A stretch of DNA of 64,000 bases from Octopus sinensis. Taxonomy: Eukaryota. Where the stretch lies: contig NC_043017.1 in NCBI RefSeq assembly GCF_006345805.1, forward strand, positions 27,590,001-27,654,000. The letters are read 5' to 3'. How positions within the stretch are numbered: position 1 is the stretch's first letter; every line of letters starts with the position of its first letter. The translations under genes were made by a program, and so were the position numbers. Below are positions 39,414 to 53,511 of the stretch, one piece after another. The notes under the pieces are model-generated. The model was not told where the DNA came from. It saw nothing but the letters and a program-made list of their open reading frames with translations, and did no database searches.

Positions 39414-40258
39414 TATGCGGCATGAGGATGAAGAAATTAAAATTAATTAATGCTTCGGTCAGGGGTCCGATTCGATGTGTGTGACATGTCACAAAAGTGC
39501 CACAACTTCAACTTGACGAATGTAATTCTGCGAATCACACATTTTGCAAATGGCATAAAAGCAAAAATAAAAAAAAAATTGTAAATAATAAAAACGCAAA
39601 ATATGCAACAAATTGAGTATAATGTATACTTTCGAACTTAAAACTTTTATAACGGTTGCATAAAACAACGAATACTTTGAAAAGATAAATAACAAAACTA
39701 ACTAAATAACTAAATATATTTGTCCCAGTGAAAAACTTGTACTAAATTAAATTCAATTCCTCATGACAAATTTGTTTGTAGTTTGAATAATTAACACCGA
39801 AGAATTCAAATAAGCATAACTAATTTAAATACTGAATTAATTCATATCCCTAAGTTTCATTATTTATGGGTAAAAAACAAATGTGGAGTAGTATCTTGTT
39901 TGTTACGTACATCTTGAATCATTTATTTTTTGAGTAACGTTATAGCTATTATTAAAAGTCATTTGAATTCATGTTTGTTTAAAACATCATTTCGTATTGC
40001 TATTCTCTCATTTGAATATGTATTTTATGTAAATCTATAAAAACCGTTTATGGATTTATGCTTCACATTCTTATTTTACGTTTGTTTGGTCTCTGGATAT
40101 TATTTTCAAATTGTTCTTTCAAACTTTGGCACGTCACTTTCTGATATGATGGAAGCATATAGAAACGGGTGAAGATTTACAGTACGTATTGGAAATAGTT
40201 TCAGGCCATACGCGTGTAAGCATGTGTAATCAAACACACACACACACACACATATATA

Positions 40259-40645
40259 GGTGCATCAGTGGCTGTGTGCTAAAGTAGCTTGCTTACCAAC
40301 CACATCGTTCCTGGTTCAGTCCCACTGCGTGGCACTTTGGGCAACTGTCTTCTACTATAGCCTCGGGCCGACCAAAGCCTTGTGAGTGGATTTGGTAGAT
40401 GGAAACTGAAAGAAACCTGTCGTGGATATGTATATATATGTGTGTGTGTGTTTGTCCCCCCAACATCGCTTGACAACCGATGCTGGTGTGTTCATGTCCC
40501 CGTTACCTAGCGGTTCGGCAAAAGAGAGCGATAGAATAAGTACTAGGTTTACATATAATAAGTCCTGGGGTCGATTTGCTTGACTAAAGGCGGTGCTCCA
40601 GCATGGCCACAGTCAAATGACTGAAACAAGTAAGAGTAAAAGAGA
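40259..40645 (+). mobile_element. SINE family A, full length
   Basis: ggtgcatcagtggctgtgtg head; tail cagtcaaatgactgaaacaagtaa. Confidence 0.92.
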
Positions 40646-40682
40646 ATATACATATATATATATGTGTGCGTAGCCTATTATT

Positions 40683-40863
40683 CTTTTATTCTTTTACTTG
40701 GTTCACTCATTTGACTGTGGCATGGGTAATAAGGGCATTAGGCGAAGAAATCGACACCTGGACTTATTCTATCGATCTCTTGCTGAAGCGCTAGGTTACA
40801 GGGACATAAGCACAGCAGCATCCGTTATCAAGCGATGAAGGGCGGACAAACACAGACACAGAA

Positions 40864-40903
<40 letters not shown>

Positions 40904-41051
40904 TATACGACGGGATTCTATTCTCTGCCTACAAATCCACTGACAAGGCTTTGGTCGGCCCGAGGATATAGTAGAATACACCTCCTCATGATGGTATGCA
41001 GTCGGATTGAACCCGGAGTCATGTAGTTGGGAAGCAAGCTCCTTATCACAC
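40683..41051 (-). mobile_element. SINE family A, diverged
   Basis: cttttacttggttcactcatttgactgtgg ... caaggctttggtcggcccgagg. Confidence 0.82.
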
Positions 41052-41061
41052 ACACATATAG

Positions 41062-41111
<50 letters not shown>

Positions 41112-41302
41112 GGATGAATGAATTATACTTTGTTTACCGTTAACATGGAAAATTCAATAAACAGTTACCAGGGTAGCAAAATTCACGCAAGTAACACGGA
41201 TGACCTATTCAAAGGTAGAAACTCTGGGTTAATGTGCAGTAATTTGTGTAGTATAAGTAAATAAATGGAGTTGATCGCAGATCTTATTCAAATTCTTTTA
41301 CT

Positions 41303-41380
41303 TTCGACATATGTTTCGAAGACAACATTGGTTTTATTCCAAAGAATAAACGGTGTAAAATGCAATCTTCTCAACAAGAA
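41303..41380 (-). ncRNA. Variant hammerhead motif in a Penelope-like fragment
   Basis: uuc-UUGUUGA-gaagau..gucuuc-GAAA-CAUAUG-UC-gaa; stem III palindrome ACAUAUGU; core has 2 mismatches to CUGAUGA. Confidence 0.55.
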
Positions 41381-42289
41381 GACATTATAACAATTTTGAT
41401 GACTGCATAAATGATAAACAGAACGCCATTAAGTATTTTTTTTAAACTCGTTAGTAGATTTGACTTTAAAAGCAGACACTAGGAAGAAAAGGGGTAAAGA
41501 AATAATAAGTAGAGAATAAAAAAAGAGGGATATATATTGGTTGAAAAATTTTCAAAGGCTCGGAAGTAGATTTCTCTATTGAAGCAAAGAAACATATGTC
41601 GAAAGTATTTACTTATATATATATACATATATACACTTATGTATGAATATACAACTATGTGTGAATATATAATAAATATGTTTGTGTGTGAGCGTGTACT
41701 TATGGAAGCGCGTGTATCAGGCATTGGCGTGTCGATCTCCTTATCGTAAGATTTAGGGTTCTGTTTCTGAGTGGGGTGATGCTTGTGTCCATGGGCGAAA
41801 CGCTGAATTTCACGTTCAAATTCACGAAAAATGTAATAATTTCAATATTATGGAGGTACACTGTAGAAGCGCGAATGGTGTACCGTTTGGTAATTACCAG
41901 TATGTCTTTAAACCCACATATAATTACACATAATTCCACAAACGCGCAAATATTTATCATTAAATACATACATATATGTGTGCATATATGTAAATAAAGA
42001 CATTGTTATGGCGTTCATATGGCAATATCTAAAACAAACAGAAGTCTAATACAACTTGATTACATGCTATTTCGAGAAACTCTCTTTTGCTTTGTGTTAA
42101 CTAAATTACGCGATGAGTCACCGAAAAGATATTAAGATCATATGTGACTATGCTTTATATAATATGAAGTATTATTGATATTTCTGCGTATTCAGAGCAG
42201 CATTGAAACCAATTTCAACTCGGAATCAATCGGCATTTTAAAATTGTTATGTAAATTATATAAAACTACAAGCCACTTAATTCACGTTA

Positions 42290-42490
42290 ATCCGGTTCAC
42301 TCAGCTGTAAAAATGAGTAGCGACGTCCCTGGGGCCAAACTGTATCGGCTTTTGCCTTTCACTTGGTTAACGTCGGCGGCATGGAGAAGGGAGCCTGTTA
42401 TGTAGGGATGGCTGCTGGTCTCCCATAAACAAACTTACCCAGACTTGCTGCTCGGAGGGTTACATGGTAGGTGCAATTCCAAGGCCATAA
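42290..42490 (+). mobile_element. Fragment of a further SINE-like repeat
   Basis: GC-richer block starting cactcagctgtaaaaatgagta, resembling conserved SINE central domains; single copy in this window. Confidence 0.4.
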
Positions 42491-42734
42491 CCTTTAACAA
42501 TATATATTTCATATATATTAATATATATATATTACGGAGATGTACTTGCATAGCAAGTGACATGATCAGAGATCGTGTCCTGGAACGAAAATAGTTGCAG
42601 CGTGGAAGGTATTTATAAGCCATTTAAGAAACACACAAAAATCGTTAGATTCACTTAAACATTAAAATTTTGGCAAATTTAATATATATATATTTCACAT
42701 TATGTTTGTATGTATATATATATATATATTTATT

Positions 42735-42908
42735 TACTACCCACTAGGGGCTAAACATAGAGGGGACAAACGGATTAAGTCGGTTACATCGACCTCGAAA
42801 GGATGAAAGGCAAAGTCGACTTCGGCGGAGTTTGAACTCAGAACGTAGCAGCTGACGAAATACCGCTAAGCATTTCGCCGGCGAGCTAACGTTTCTGCCA
42901 GCTCGCCT
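42735..42908 (-). mobile_element. SINE family B
   Basis: gaaaggatgaaaggcaaagtcgac..tgaactcagaacgt..gccagctcgcctt. Confidence 0.88.
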
Positions 42909-42960
<52 letters not shown>

Positions 42961-43234
42961 GAGAAAGAGAGAGAGTTGGGTAGATAGCTAGACGTTGATG
43001 TACTTAGAGATGTATTTGTATGTGTGTGGGTATAAGTATTTAAGCATACATATAGGAACGTTTGTATGTGTGTGTTTCCGCCATTCTCTTTGGAATTACG
43101 CGGAACTTGTAATTCCAAACACCAGGAAATGATACACTACATTTAGAAGTTTCGAGATCAAGCAACGAACACAAATGTCTTACCTACAAATCGTAATGGC
43201 ATACACACATATAGCTACATATATAAATATATAT

Positions 43235-43490
43235 ATATGTGTGTGCTGTGTATATGTGTGCTGTGTTTATGTGTGTGTGTGTGCTGTGTGTGTGTGTGTG
43301 CTGTGTGTATATGTGTGTGTGCTGTGTGTGTGTGTGTGATGTGTGTATATGTGTGTGTGTGTGTGCTGTGTGTATATGTGTGTGTGTGCTGTGTGTATAT
43401 ATGTGTGTGTGCTGTGTGTATATGTATGTGTGTATGTGTGTGTGTGCTGTGTGTATATATGTGTGTGTGCTGTGTGTATATGTGCGTGTT
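43235..43490. repeat. (TG)n minisatellite with GCT spacer
   Basis: gtgtgctgtgtg recurring. Confidence 0.9.
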
Positions 43491-44402
43491 AATGTGGTTG
43501 CGTCTATGTATCTGTATATATATGTATGTGTGTATATATAGATATTTGTATGTGTATGACTCTCTAGGACCATGTATACTATGTATTGTATATATGCAAT
43601 GTTTTAACACTCGTATTCTGCACCATGTATAAATCATGTTTTCTTTGATAGACAGACAACACGATGCAGATATCCATTAATACAACTGTAAATGTGTTTT
43701 TACATCTACTTTAACATTTGTTAGTTACATATAAAATGCATTAACACACCAAGGTATATATACACATATATACACAAGCACACACACTCATATATATATA
43801 TATATATATATATATCTATATATATATATATATATACATGTGAGTATGTGATAATGTGCAATACCTTATATATGTTGGTATGTTTCAGTTGGGTCTCTGT
43901 ATTTGTCTACGCCTTGGGTAGGAGCGTTTTACAAGTATACGTGTATTCATGACAAGACTTAATGGTGTTTGCTTTGTACGTTAAAAGAACGCTTCAAAGT
44001 TTGGCGCGCTGACGTGTGAAGTGGTCTTAAGTGTAATACTGAAGTGTGTTATTATTTTTCTGGCAAATATATTTTTCTTTTACATTTTTGATATTTTTCT
44101 CCATGTGTGATACAGACGTCCCGTGTTATAACAAATATGCACTGTATAGATCGTTTGCATAAATGTTATATACACACATACATGCGTATGCATATGAATC
44201 TCTTAATGCTTTTACTTCCGTCATATATATATATATATATATACACTCGTTAGTGTTTTCCATTTGAAGAACTCTGCTGCATAAGTCCTTCCTTTCACTC
44301 ACTCTTAAATCTCACTTTCTTTCGTGTCTGTATGTATCGGTATATATATATGTGTGTGCGTATATATATATTTATATGTTTGAATATATATTTATATTTT
44401 TT

Positions 44403-44668
44403 TATTTCTTTATTGCCCACAAGGGGCTAAACATAGAGGGGACGAACAAGGACAGACAAAGGGATTAAATCGATTAGGTCGACGCCAGTGCATAACTGGT
44501 ACTTAATTCGGTAAGTAGCTTGCTTACGAACCACATGGTTCCGGGTTCGGTGTCTTCTACTATAGCCTCGGGCCGACCAAATTCGACCTCGGCGGAATTT
44601 GAACTCAGAACGTAACGGCAGAATAAATGCTGCTAAGCATTTCGTTCGACATGCTAACGTTTCTGCCC
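44403..44668 (-). mobile_element. SINE family B containing a family A head fragment in opposite orientation
   Basis: 44510-44581 ggtaagtagcttgcttacgaaccacatggttccgggttc..ctatagcctcgggccgaccaaa replaces the B body. Confidence 0.85.
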
Positions 44669-45659
44669 ACGTCTTCCATATTATGCTAAATATCTGTTTT
44701 ACTTAAAAAGACGAAAAACCTTTTCTTCATATAGATATATATTATTCACATTCAAACTGTTTTCCATGTGAACAAAATGACATCTTTTCCTGATCTGCAT
44801 CTATAAACTTCTCGTGGTTCTTGCATTTCACTTGTCTCTCTGATCGTGGTTTCCATCCTTTTCCCAAATTTACATGTTTCTCATTTTTCTTTTATTTTTG
44901 CAAGATAAATAATAAGTGGTTTTGTGAATGTCATTTCCGATAAATGCCACTGGCATTGAATGCCTACCTCAGGCACCGCACCCATCCGCATGAAGAGAAT
45001 GACTCACTATAGACTTAATACTCGTACACGAGTTAGTTCCGACGACGATTGTATTAAGTAGTCTTATTACCATATTATTGTTCTCCGGACGGCAGCACTC
45101 AGATAATACTTAGTAAGTTCTTGTCTTACTGAAGAGAATGATAAAGCGGAAAATTTGTTGATGAATGGTGCTAAGTAATATTGCTGATAAAGTAATTTTA
45201 AAAGCTCTCTCCATATAATTTCGCCTCCCTAATGTAGATTTATTAAGTACTAGTAATATTTCAGACAATATTTTGTGGTGTATGATGTAAGGTATATATC
45301 TTCCAATCACGTAAACAGCTGTTAATGAAATTGGATGTTTTCCTACCATTAATGGAATTGACCATAACGGGAGATTTCTTATTCGTGAATGATTTGCATG
45401 TAGTCGTAGGAGTGGCTGTTTGTCTACTATAGCCTCGGGCCGACCAAAGCCTTGTGTTATAATTACCCGAAAAACTCCTTCAGAAGCACATGCGAGTAAT
45501 CTTCCAAAATAGCGCATAATTCCAATCTAAGTATTGAGTACACTATTGGTTACTTCTTGGTACTTTCTAATTCATCATGTTTTGCGTCTTCTGGTATAAA
45601 AGTGTACTATTTTATCTGTCTAAATATGCATAATTACGTATATAAATGTGTGTGTATGC

Positions 45660-45715
45660 ATCAATATACATATACATACTTATATAAATATATATATAAA
45701 TTCATATATATATAC

Positions 45716-45787
<72 letters not shown>

Positions 45788-45791
45788 CATA

Positions 45792-45831
<40 letters not shown>

Positions 45832-45860
45832 CATATGCATATATATATAATACATACATA

Positions 45861-45900
<40 letters not shown>

Positions 45901-46076
45901 CATATACATATATATACATATATATATTATATATATATACATATGTACATATACATATATTATATATATATATATACATATGTACATATACATATATATA
46001 TATATACATATATATATATACATATGTACATATACATATATATATTTGTATATACGTAATATATATATTTATATAT
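45660..46076. repeat. (TA)n compound microsatellite
   Basis: Direct. Confidence 0.95.
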
Positions 46077-46149
46077 ATTGTGACCAGCGATGTGTAGCAA
46101 CATCTGATGGTCTGGTCGGTCACGTGAGATATATATATATATATATCTC

Positions 46150-46405
46150 ACGGGATCACGTGACCGACCAGACCATCAGATGTTGCTACACATCCTGGTC
46201 ACAATGCATACGCATTGTTTTAGCCTTCGAACGACGCCGCCCCGCTGGATAAGAGTACAGCAGGTATCACCACCCCCTGCCGGAGCCTCGTGGAATTTTT
46301 AGGTGTTTTTGCTCAATAAACACACACAACGCCCGGTCTAGGAATCGAAACCGCGATCCTACGACTGCGAGTCAGCTGCCCTAACCACTGGGCCATTGCA
46401 TCTCA
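46150..46405 (-). mobile_element. tRNA-derived SINE family C
   Basis: Minus strand tggcccagtggttagggcag A-box and ggtttcgattcc B-box; head shared with the 55866 and 56925 copies. Confidence 0.85.
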
Positions 46406-47194
46406 CACACACACACACACACACACACATGTTTATAAATACAAATGTATAGTGCGCGTGATCGAGTGAGAGAGAGACAGGGAGAGACTAAGTGCCATGT
46501 CATAAACCGTTAAATGTTCTACCATATAAGCTTCGACATATTATTTTGTTCATAGATTTATTATTTACGTATTTGATTGTTTTTTTTTTGTTTTTTTTTT
46601 TTTTGTGCTGAATATTTTTACTCTTGTACTTAAAAGAAATCTGGAGGGAAGAACAAGATGGCAGGCATGAGATGGAAAAATAAATACACAAACACACGAG
46701 AGACTGAAGAAAACTCTTCATAAATTTCATATAAACAAAAATTGTAATATATAATATGTAAAAAATATGAAATCAAAATAATACAACGAGGATAATATAA
46801 TGCAAGGAACATGCAAAATAGGAAAAATAGCAAAATGTATAAATATAAAAATGTAATCTAACAATGAAGGCAAAAAATAATACCTTGGGAAATTGTGAGA
46901 TATTTAAAGTGGAGATGTAGAGAAATAAACTGCAACTGGAAACAGACGTAAAAAACGAAGCAGAACAGCTGAAATAAAATAGGAAAATTGAAAGTATTTG
47001 ATGGATATAACTTAGGTCATAAGTGTCTAACGTGAAAGTATGCAACCGATATTTAAGTGAACATTAAAGTAGAAGAATAAGGTAAAAGCGTAAAAAGACA
47101 AAAAACAATTGTGACAAGATGGAGAGTAAAAATAAGCGCCATAGTTACCGCGGCAGCAACAGCATCAGTGACGTCAGGATTATGAAAAGACTCG

Positions 47195-47610
47195 GTAACA
47201 ATAACAACAACAACAACAACAATCACTGCCACAATAATAAGGGCAATAGCAATATTATCAACAAAACCAACACCAACTACAATAACAACAGCAACAACGT
47301 AAAGAAGAAAAAAACATGTAAAATATTAGTAACAAAAACAGCAGTGATCCCTAAGGCTATTTCTGCAAATATTATTAGTAACAAACAAAAAATACACAGA
47401 GAATATTCTTGATATCATTATAATATTGTTCTTGTTGCCATTGACATCATCATCGTTACGATTATAACTATTATTATTATTGTTGTTGCTGATGTTGTTG
47501 TCATTAACAATAATAATTATATTATTATTATTATCATTGTTATTAATATTATCATTATTATCATTATTATTAATATTATTATTATTATTCATATTATTAT
47601 TATTATTTGA
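47195..47610. repeat. (AAC/AAT)n and (TAT)n low-complexity tracts
   Basis: Direct. Confidence 0.9.
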
Positions 47611-47948
47611 TTGTCGCAGTAGTATGATTAATAGTAGTGTGTTACGAGTAAAATATGAGTAGAAGTAGTAACAGGAGGAGGAACAACAACAACAGAAGAG
47701 ACATAGTCATTTTAGTAGAACAACATCAATGATGATAATGATGATCATGATGATAATACAACATTGAATAAGAATATAATAAGAAAATAACAAAGAACAC
47801 TCGAAAATGTTTATATAATACACTCTATATGTATATATATATATATATACATATATAAACTTCAGCAAATGAGCACGATATACCTTCATATATACCTATA
47901 TAAATATGTATATATGCATATATATACGTATATACCATATATACACAC

Positions 47949-47983
<35 letters not shown>

Positions 47984-48536
47984 TGTGTGTGTATGTATGT
48001 AGACAAACACCGTCACATGTACGTCGATCTTGCTTGACATGGTGAAATACCACTACAAATATGAAAATGAATAAATAAGATCTCTTATGTCATATAGGAA
48101 TTGTGAAACACTTCCCTTTATATCGCTGTTTAAAAATGAATGCGCAAATAGGAACTCCATGTGGTTCTGAGGAAATGACAACAAGATACGTGCACACAAG
48201 CACACAGACACATATAATCATCCACACACATATACTCACACACGCACACAGTCACAAATATTTGTATATATATATATCTGAGTATACAGTTCATATATAT
48301 ATATATAAATATATGTGTGTATGTGTACGTACATACACACACATTATACGCATATTTATATAGCGATTTGTGTCAATATAAACGTGTACCCCTGTATGTA
48401 TATATGGAATTTCAAGTACATATATCAGCATCACTGTCATTTATTGTTCCATAATGCTGTGATTTCTATGGTAACAACAAGACTAAGGATGTTTTATTTT
48501 CTTGAGATATTACTGTTAATATATATACATATATAT

Positions 48537-48587
<51 letters not shown>

Positions 48588-48610
48588 ATAATGTGTGTGT
48601 GTGTGTGTGT

Positions 48611-48646
<36 letters not shown>

Positions 48647-48889
48647 GATAAATAACCAACAAAAGATGAAAATATATTTCGATAATTTATTGCCTGTCTG
48701 ATAACCCTTCAACATGATTTAATACATACATTATATGGATCTCTTCTTTTGCATTAAAAATAAGCCCTTCCACAAGTGTTCGTCATAGAAACGTAAGCAA
48801 ACACACACTTTCAAAATTAATCGAATGATATTCATATATTTAAAAGCACAAACAAACGCAAACGTTCTCAGACACACTAATTCACATGT

Positions 48890-48906
48890 CTATATATAAT
48901 TGTATT

Positions 48907-48949
<43 letters not shown>

Positions 48950-49425
48950 GTGTGTGTGTGTATGCATGCATGTATGTATGCATGCATGCATGTATGTATG
49001 TATGTATATGTATATATATATATGTATGTATATATATGTATATATATGTGTATGTATGTATATGTATATATATGTGTGTATGTATGTATATATGCATGTG
49101 TATATATGTGTAGGTATATATATGTATGTATGTATATATGCATGTGTATATATGTGTAGGTATATATATATATGTGTATGTATATGTATATATATGTGTA
49201 TGTATATGTATATATATATATGTGTATGTGTATATGTATATATATGTGTATGTATGTATATATATGTGTATGTGTATGTATATGTGTATGTATGTATGTG
49301 TATGTATGTATATATATGTGTATGTATGTATATATATATGTGTATGTATATGTATGTACGTATATATATATATATATACATATATACTAATATATATACT
49401 AATATATATATATACGTATATACAT
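48890..49425. repeat. (TA)/(TATG) compound microsatellite
   Basis: Direct. Confidence 0.95.
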
Positions 49426-49854
49426 GCGTGTAATTTCATAGATAGGAAAGATATGCACAGATATAGAGATAAAAGCGAATCTTTCCCGTTGATTTATGTG
49501 AATGGGATGTTAAGTGGAATTTTTATATTTTACATATATCTCTTTTTCTCATACATATATTCCATTATCGAAAAGGAAGTTTTAAGTAGGTTTTAACACC
49601 GTTTTTCTTCCCATTTTGAATTAAGTTCCCTGTCGCCAGGGTGTGAGAAATGAAAAGTATATATACATTAGAACCACAAAAATCTGCAAACGTACGCTTT
49701 GCTATACATTATTATTGGCGTGTTTTTGACATAATTATAAATTTTAAAGAGAATGTATCTCTCCGCTTCTGAATTCCTCATTATTTCGTTCGATCACAGA
49801 ATATTTTGCCGGTGTCGCAGGATTCTTATATTCATAACGTGGAGTTCAAGTTTT

Positions 49855-50036
49855 CACACAAGGCCAGCAATTTCGGACAAAGTGCTTAGTCGATTACTTT
49901 GATCCCATGTATTTATTTTATCCACCTCGAAAGATGAAAAGCAAAGTCGACAGAATTCTAACACCGAACATAAAGATCTACGAAATTCCGCTAAGCATTT
50001 CCCCTGCGTTCTACCGATTCTGGCAGCACGTCGCCA
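49855..50036 (-). mobile_element. SINE family B, diverged
   Basis: cgaaagatgaaaagcaaagtcgac..ccgctaagcatttc. Confidence 0.7.
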
Positions 50037-50104
50037 TATATATAACTGCACTATTGAGCAACGTTTTCCGACAGATTAATGTGTTGAAAATAATTGTATA
50101 TCAA

Positions 50105-50239
50105 CGTATACATATATAAATACACGTAGTGTGTGTGTATATATATGCATACGTACATATATATACATACATACATATATATATATATATGTACACATTC
50201 ATACATATATATATATACATGCATACATATATACATACT

Positions 50240-50278
<39 letters not shown>

Positions 50279-50722
50279 TATATACATACTTACATACATA
50301 TATATATACATACTTACATATACATGTATATATATATATATATATAGACATACATATATATATATATACATGTATATATATATATATATACACATACATA
50401 CATATATATATACATGTATATATATATATAAACATACATACATATATATACGTATATATACATACATTTTATATATATACATACATACATACATACATAT
50501 ATATATACACATACATATATATATATATACACATACATATATATATATACACATACATACATATATATATATACACATACATACATATATATATATACAC
50601 ATACATACATATATATATATGCATACATATATACATACTTACATACATATATATGTATATATACACATACTTACATACATATATATATATATATATACAC
50701 ACACATGCATATATATATATAC

Positions 50723-50773
<51 letters not shown>

Positions 50774-50790
50774 ATGTATATATATAAATG
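50105..50790. repeat. (TA)/(CATA) compound microsatellite
   Basis: Direct. Confidence 0.95.
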
Positions 50791-51257
50791 TACATGTCTT
50801 TAGTTGACGTAATAAATGGCGGTATTTTCAGAATGGCTTCACAAATGTTGGTGGGGATCAATTAGGAAATTATTGTGAACATTCGTAAGCATGTATATTC
50901 ACTTCAATTTGAAATTTTGATATTTGATTTCTGTGTTGGGGAGAACATTATGGGGGTAATATAATCTATTAGAAATATTATTGTTAGCTTCCCCTGAGGC
51001 GCCATATTTGACACATTCGATTTCATGTTTCATTATCAAATATAATTTTCTCCAAAATATACCACTAAAGAAAGTAGTTAGATCGCATTTTCGTTAAATA
51101 AACTGAGGGAACATTTTTTCCAGTACCCGTCAATAATCTAACCAACCGATATTTACGTTTCATACAGAGATGATGATGCGATAATCTCCTGGAATAACAA
51201 TCATTGCATAATTAATTAAATAAGTGCACTTCTTTTAATATACACATTATTAACAGC

Positions 51258-51362
51258 ATTTAGTCTGCCGTTACGTTCTGAGTTCAAATTCCGCTGAGGT
51301 CGACTTTGCCTTTCATCCTTTCAGGGTCGATAATTTAAGTACCAGTTACGCACTGGGGTCCA
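51258..51362 (+). mobile_element. SINE family B body fragment
   Basis: ttacgttctgagttcaaattccgctgaggtcgactttgcctttcatcc. Confidence 0.88.
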
Positions 51363-51457
51363 TCTATTAGATGAAATAAGATGAAGACAGTACACTAGTT
51401 AGTGATGAGGCTGTGTATGAACCCAGAAAAAACGCTATCCCTCACAGAATGGAGACA

Positions 51458-51950
51458 GTGACAGTCGAAATTGAATACCATTCACCAGATCCTTGTAGAA
51501 TGTCCCAAAGGACTACTTAAGTTTCTTCAATCCATTGTACACAATAAATTAACCCGCTAGCCTCATTAGGAATTTCCAGTTTCTGTTAAAATCCTATTTA
51601 TCATCTTCGAGCAGCGCTATCCCCCATAGAACAGAACTTGTAATATATATTTTAAAAACTATAGTTAAGAATGTCTTTTTAAAATAATGAAGGTCATATG
51701 TTTGACTCAAAAAATTTTACTAGCTAGGAAGTAAAATTTGAAAGGTGTATTTCAGTACCTTAATGAAACGTGAGCAAGAAGTGATCAAGTGACAGTAAAA
51801 AAAAAAAAAAAAAACATGTAACAGATCAACGTAGAATCTGCCAAAGAACTACTTAATTTTTTTTCAATCCATTCTACAAAATAAATTAAACCGCTAACCT
51901 CATTTGGAACCTCCAGTGTCTATTAAAGACCTATTTAATAATTTGAGCAA
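51458..51950. repeat. Diverged ~150-bp direct repeat pair
   Basis: cagatc..gtagaat..ccaaag.actacttaa..ttcaatccatt.taca.aataaattaa.ccgcta.cctcatt at ~51486 and ~51822. Confidence 0.8.
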
Positions 51951-52454
51951 ATACCAGAAGCTCCATAGCATAGATCAAGCCAAACCCAATTCCAGTGGCT
52001 TGGATATCGTCAATATTCTTATCTCACAGTTCAGTCGAAGACCAACATCTAGCCACATTTATTACAGCAACTTTCTTTCAACACAAGAATGTAATAAATT
52101 AAACTAATTTGAGACTCTTTAATGAGGTTTAGTGTGAACGAAGAGAACAGCGATATGTATTATCGAGGGAAATATATGCTACTCAATGCGAAGCGCTTCA
52201 AAATCAGATAGAACAAGACAAGGACATAATTGTTTCTACGAACTGAGATAATTTAAACGTTTACTTGCAATCAGCCTGTAATTAAAGGTACTCCAGAATT
52301 TTGGTCGTAACCCGAATATTGTCGACAGTGTAACCTCATAAGTCATTACATCTCAATTCAGCATGTGCTCTTTTGGCAAATTCTAGATATTGTAAAAATG
52401 TTTATCAGAAAGGATTCCGTACTTAATAGACAGGTTTCATGAAACAGGAGCCAG

Positions 52455-52910
52455 TCAGGGGGCACTGACCACAGCTATGATTTTGGTTTTACTTGACACA
52501 ACAGGTCTTCTCAAACATATATCAGCCAACAGGTCATTTAAAAGTTAAATGGGCCGGACATGCAACATTGGCCATGGCTGCGATCTCACTTTAGTTGCCG
52601 GGTCTTCTCAATCACAACATATCTCCAAAGGTCTTGGTCTCCTGGCATTGCCTCTGAGGTTCAACATTCAAAGGTCATGCTTCACCACTTCATTCCATGT
52701 CTTCCTGGGTCTACTTCTTCCACAGGTTCCTTCCATAGTTAGGGTGTGACACTTCCTCACACAGCTGTCCTCATCCATACGTAACACATGATCATACCAG
52801 TGCAGTCGTCTCTCTTGCACATCACATTTGATGCTTCTTATGTCCAACTTTTATCTTAGTGTGCTTACACTCTGTCATGTATGCACACTGGCATTACACA
52901 TCCAGCGGAC
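52455..52910 (-). mobile_element. RTE-clade LINE 3' end, decayed
   Basis: VRWMCN..VQERRLHWYDHVLRMDEDSCVRKC..EGTCGRSRPRKTWNEVVKHDL, the typical RTE C-terminus, with stops. Confidence 0.88.
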
Positions 52911-53511
52911 CGTTCGATTAAACTACATGATATACATCGCTCGTCTTACTCTATACTCTCTGATACGTGGCAGTGATAAGCTGCTAGGAATTAGCAAAGG
53001 GTTACGTGAAAGTACTGGCAGTACTCTCTCGGGAAATTGCTCCCGTTTCTTCAAGGTCGTACTTCACTAATGCAAAATCTGTCTGAGCAGAAGAATCACA
53101 GTAGTTTATGTTAATTTCGACGTTCCCCAAACGACCATCTATCTATGATGGAAAATTCTGAAAAGGGAGGAAGTTAAACTCACCCAATCCCGTTATAAAA
53201 GGGAGGTAAACAGGTAGGTAGATAGGTAGATACACAGATAGATACCTAGATAGATATATTGAGAGATAGATAAATTCATATATATATACACACACACGCA
53301 CATAGACATACACACACATGTGTGTGTGTATGTGTATATATATATATATTTATATGTGTGTGTGTATATATATATATATATGTGTGTGTTTCTATATATA
53401 TATGTATATATAAATACATACACATATATATATACATATATACAGAAACATACATACATATATATGTATATATATATACACACATATACACACAGACACA
53501 TATGCATATAT

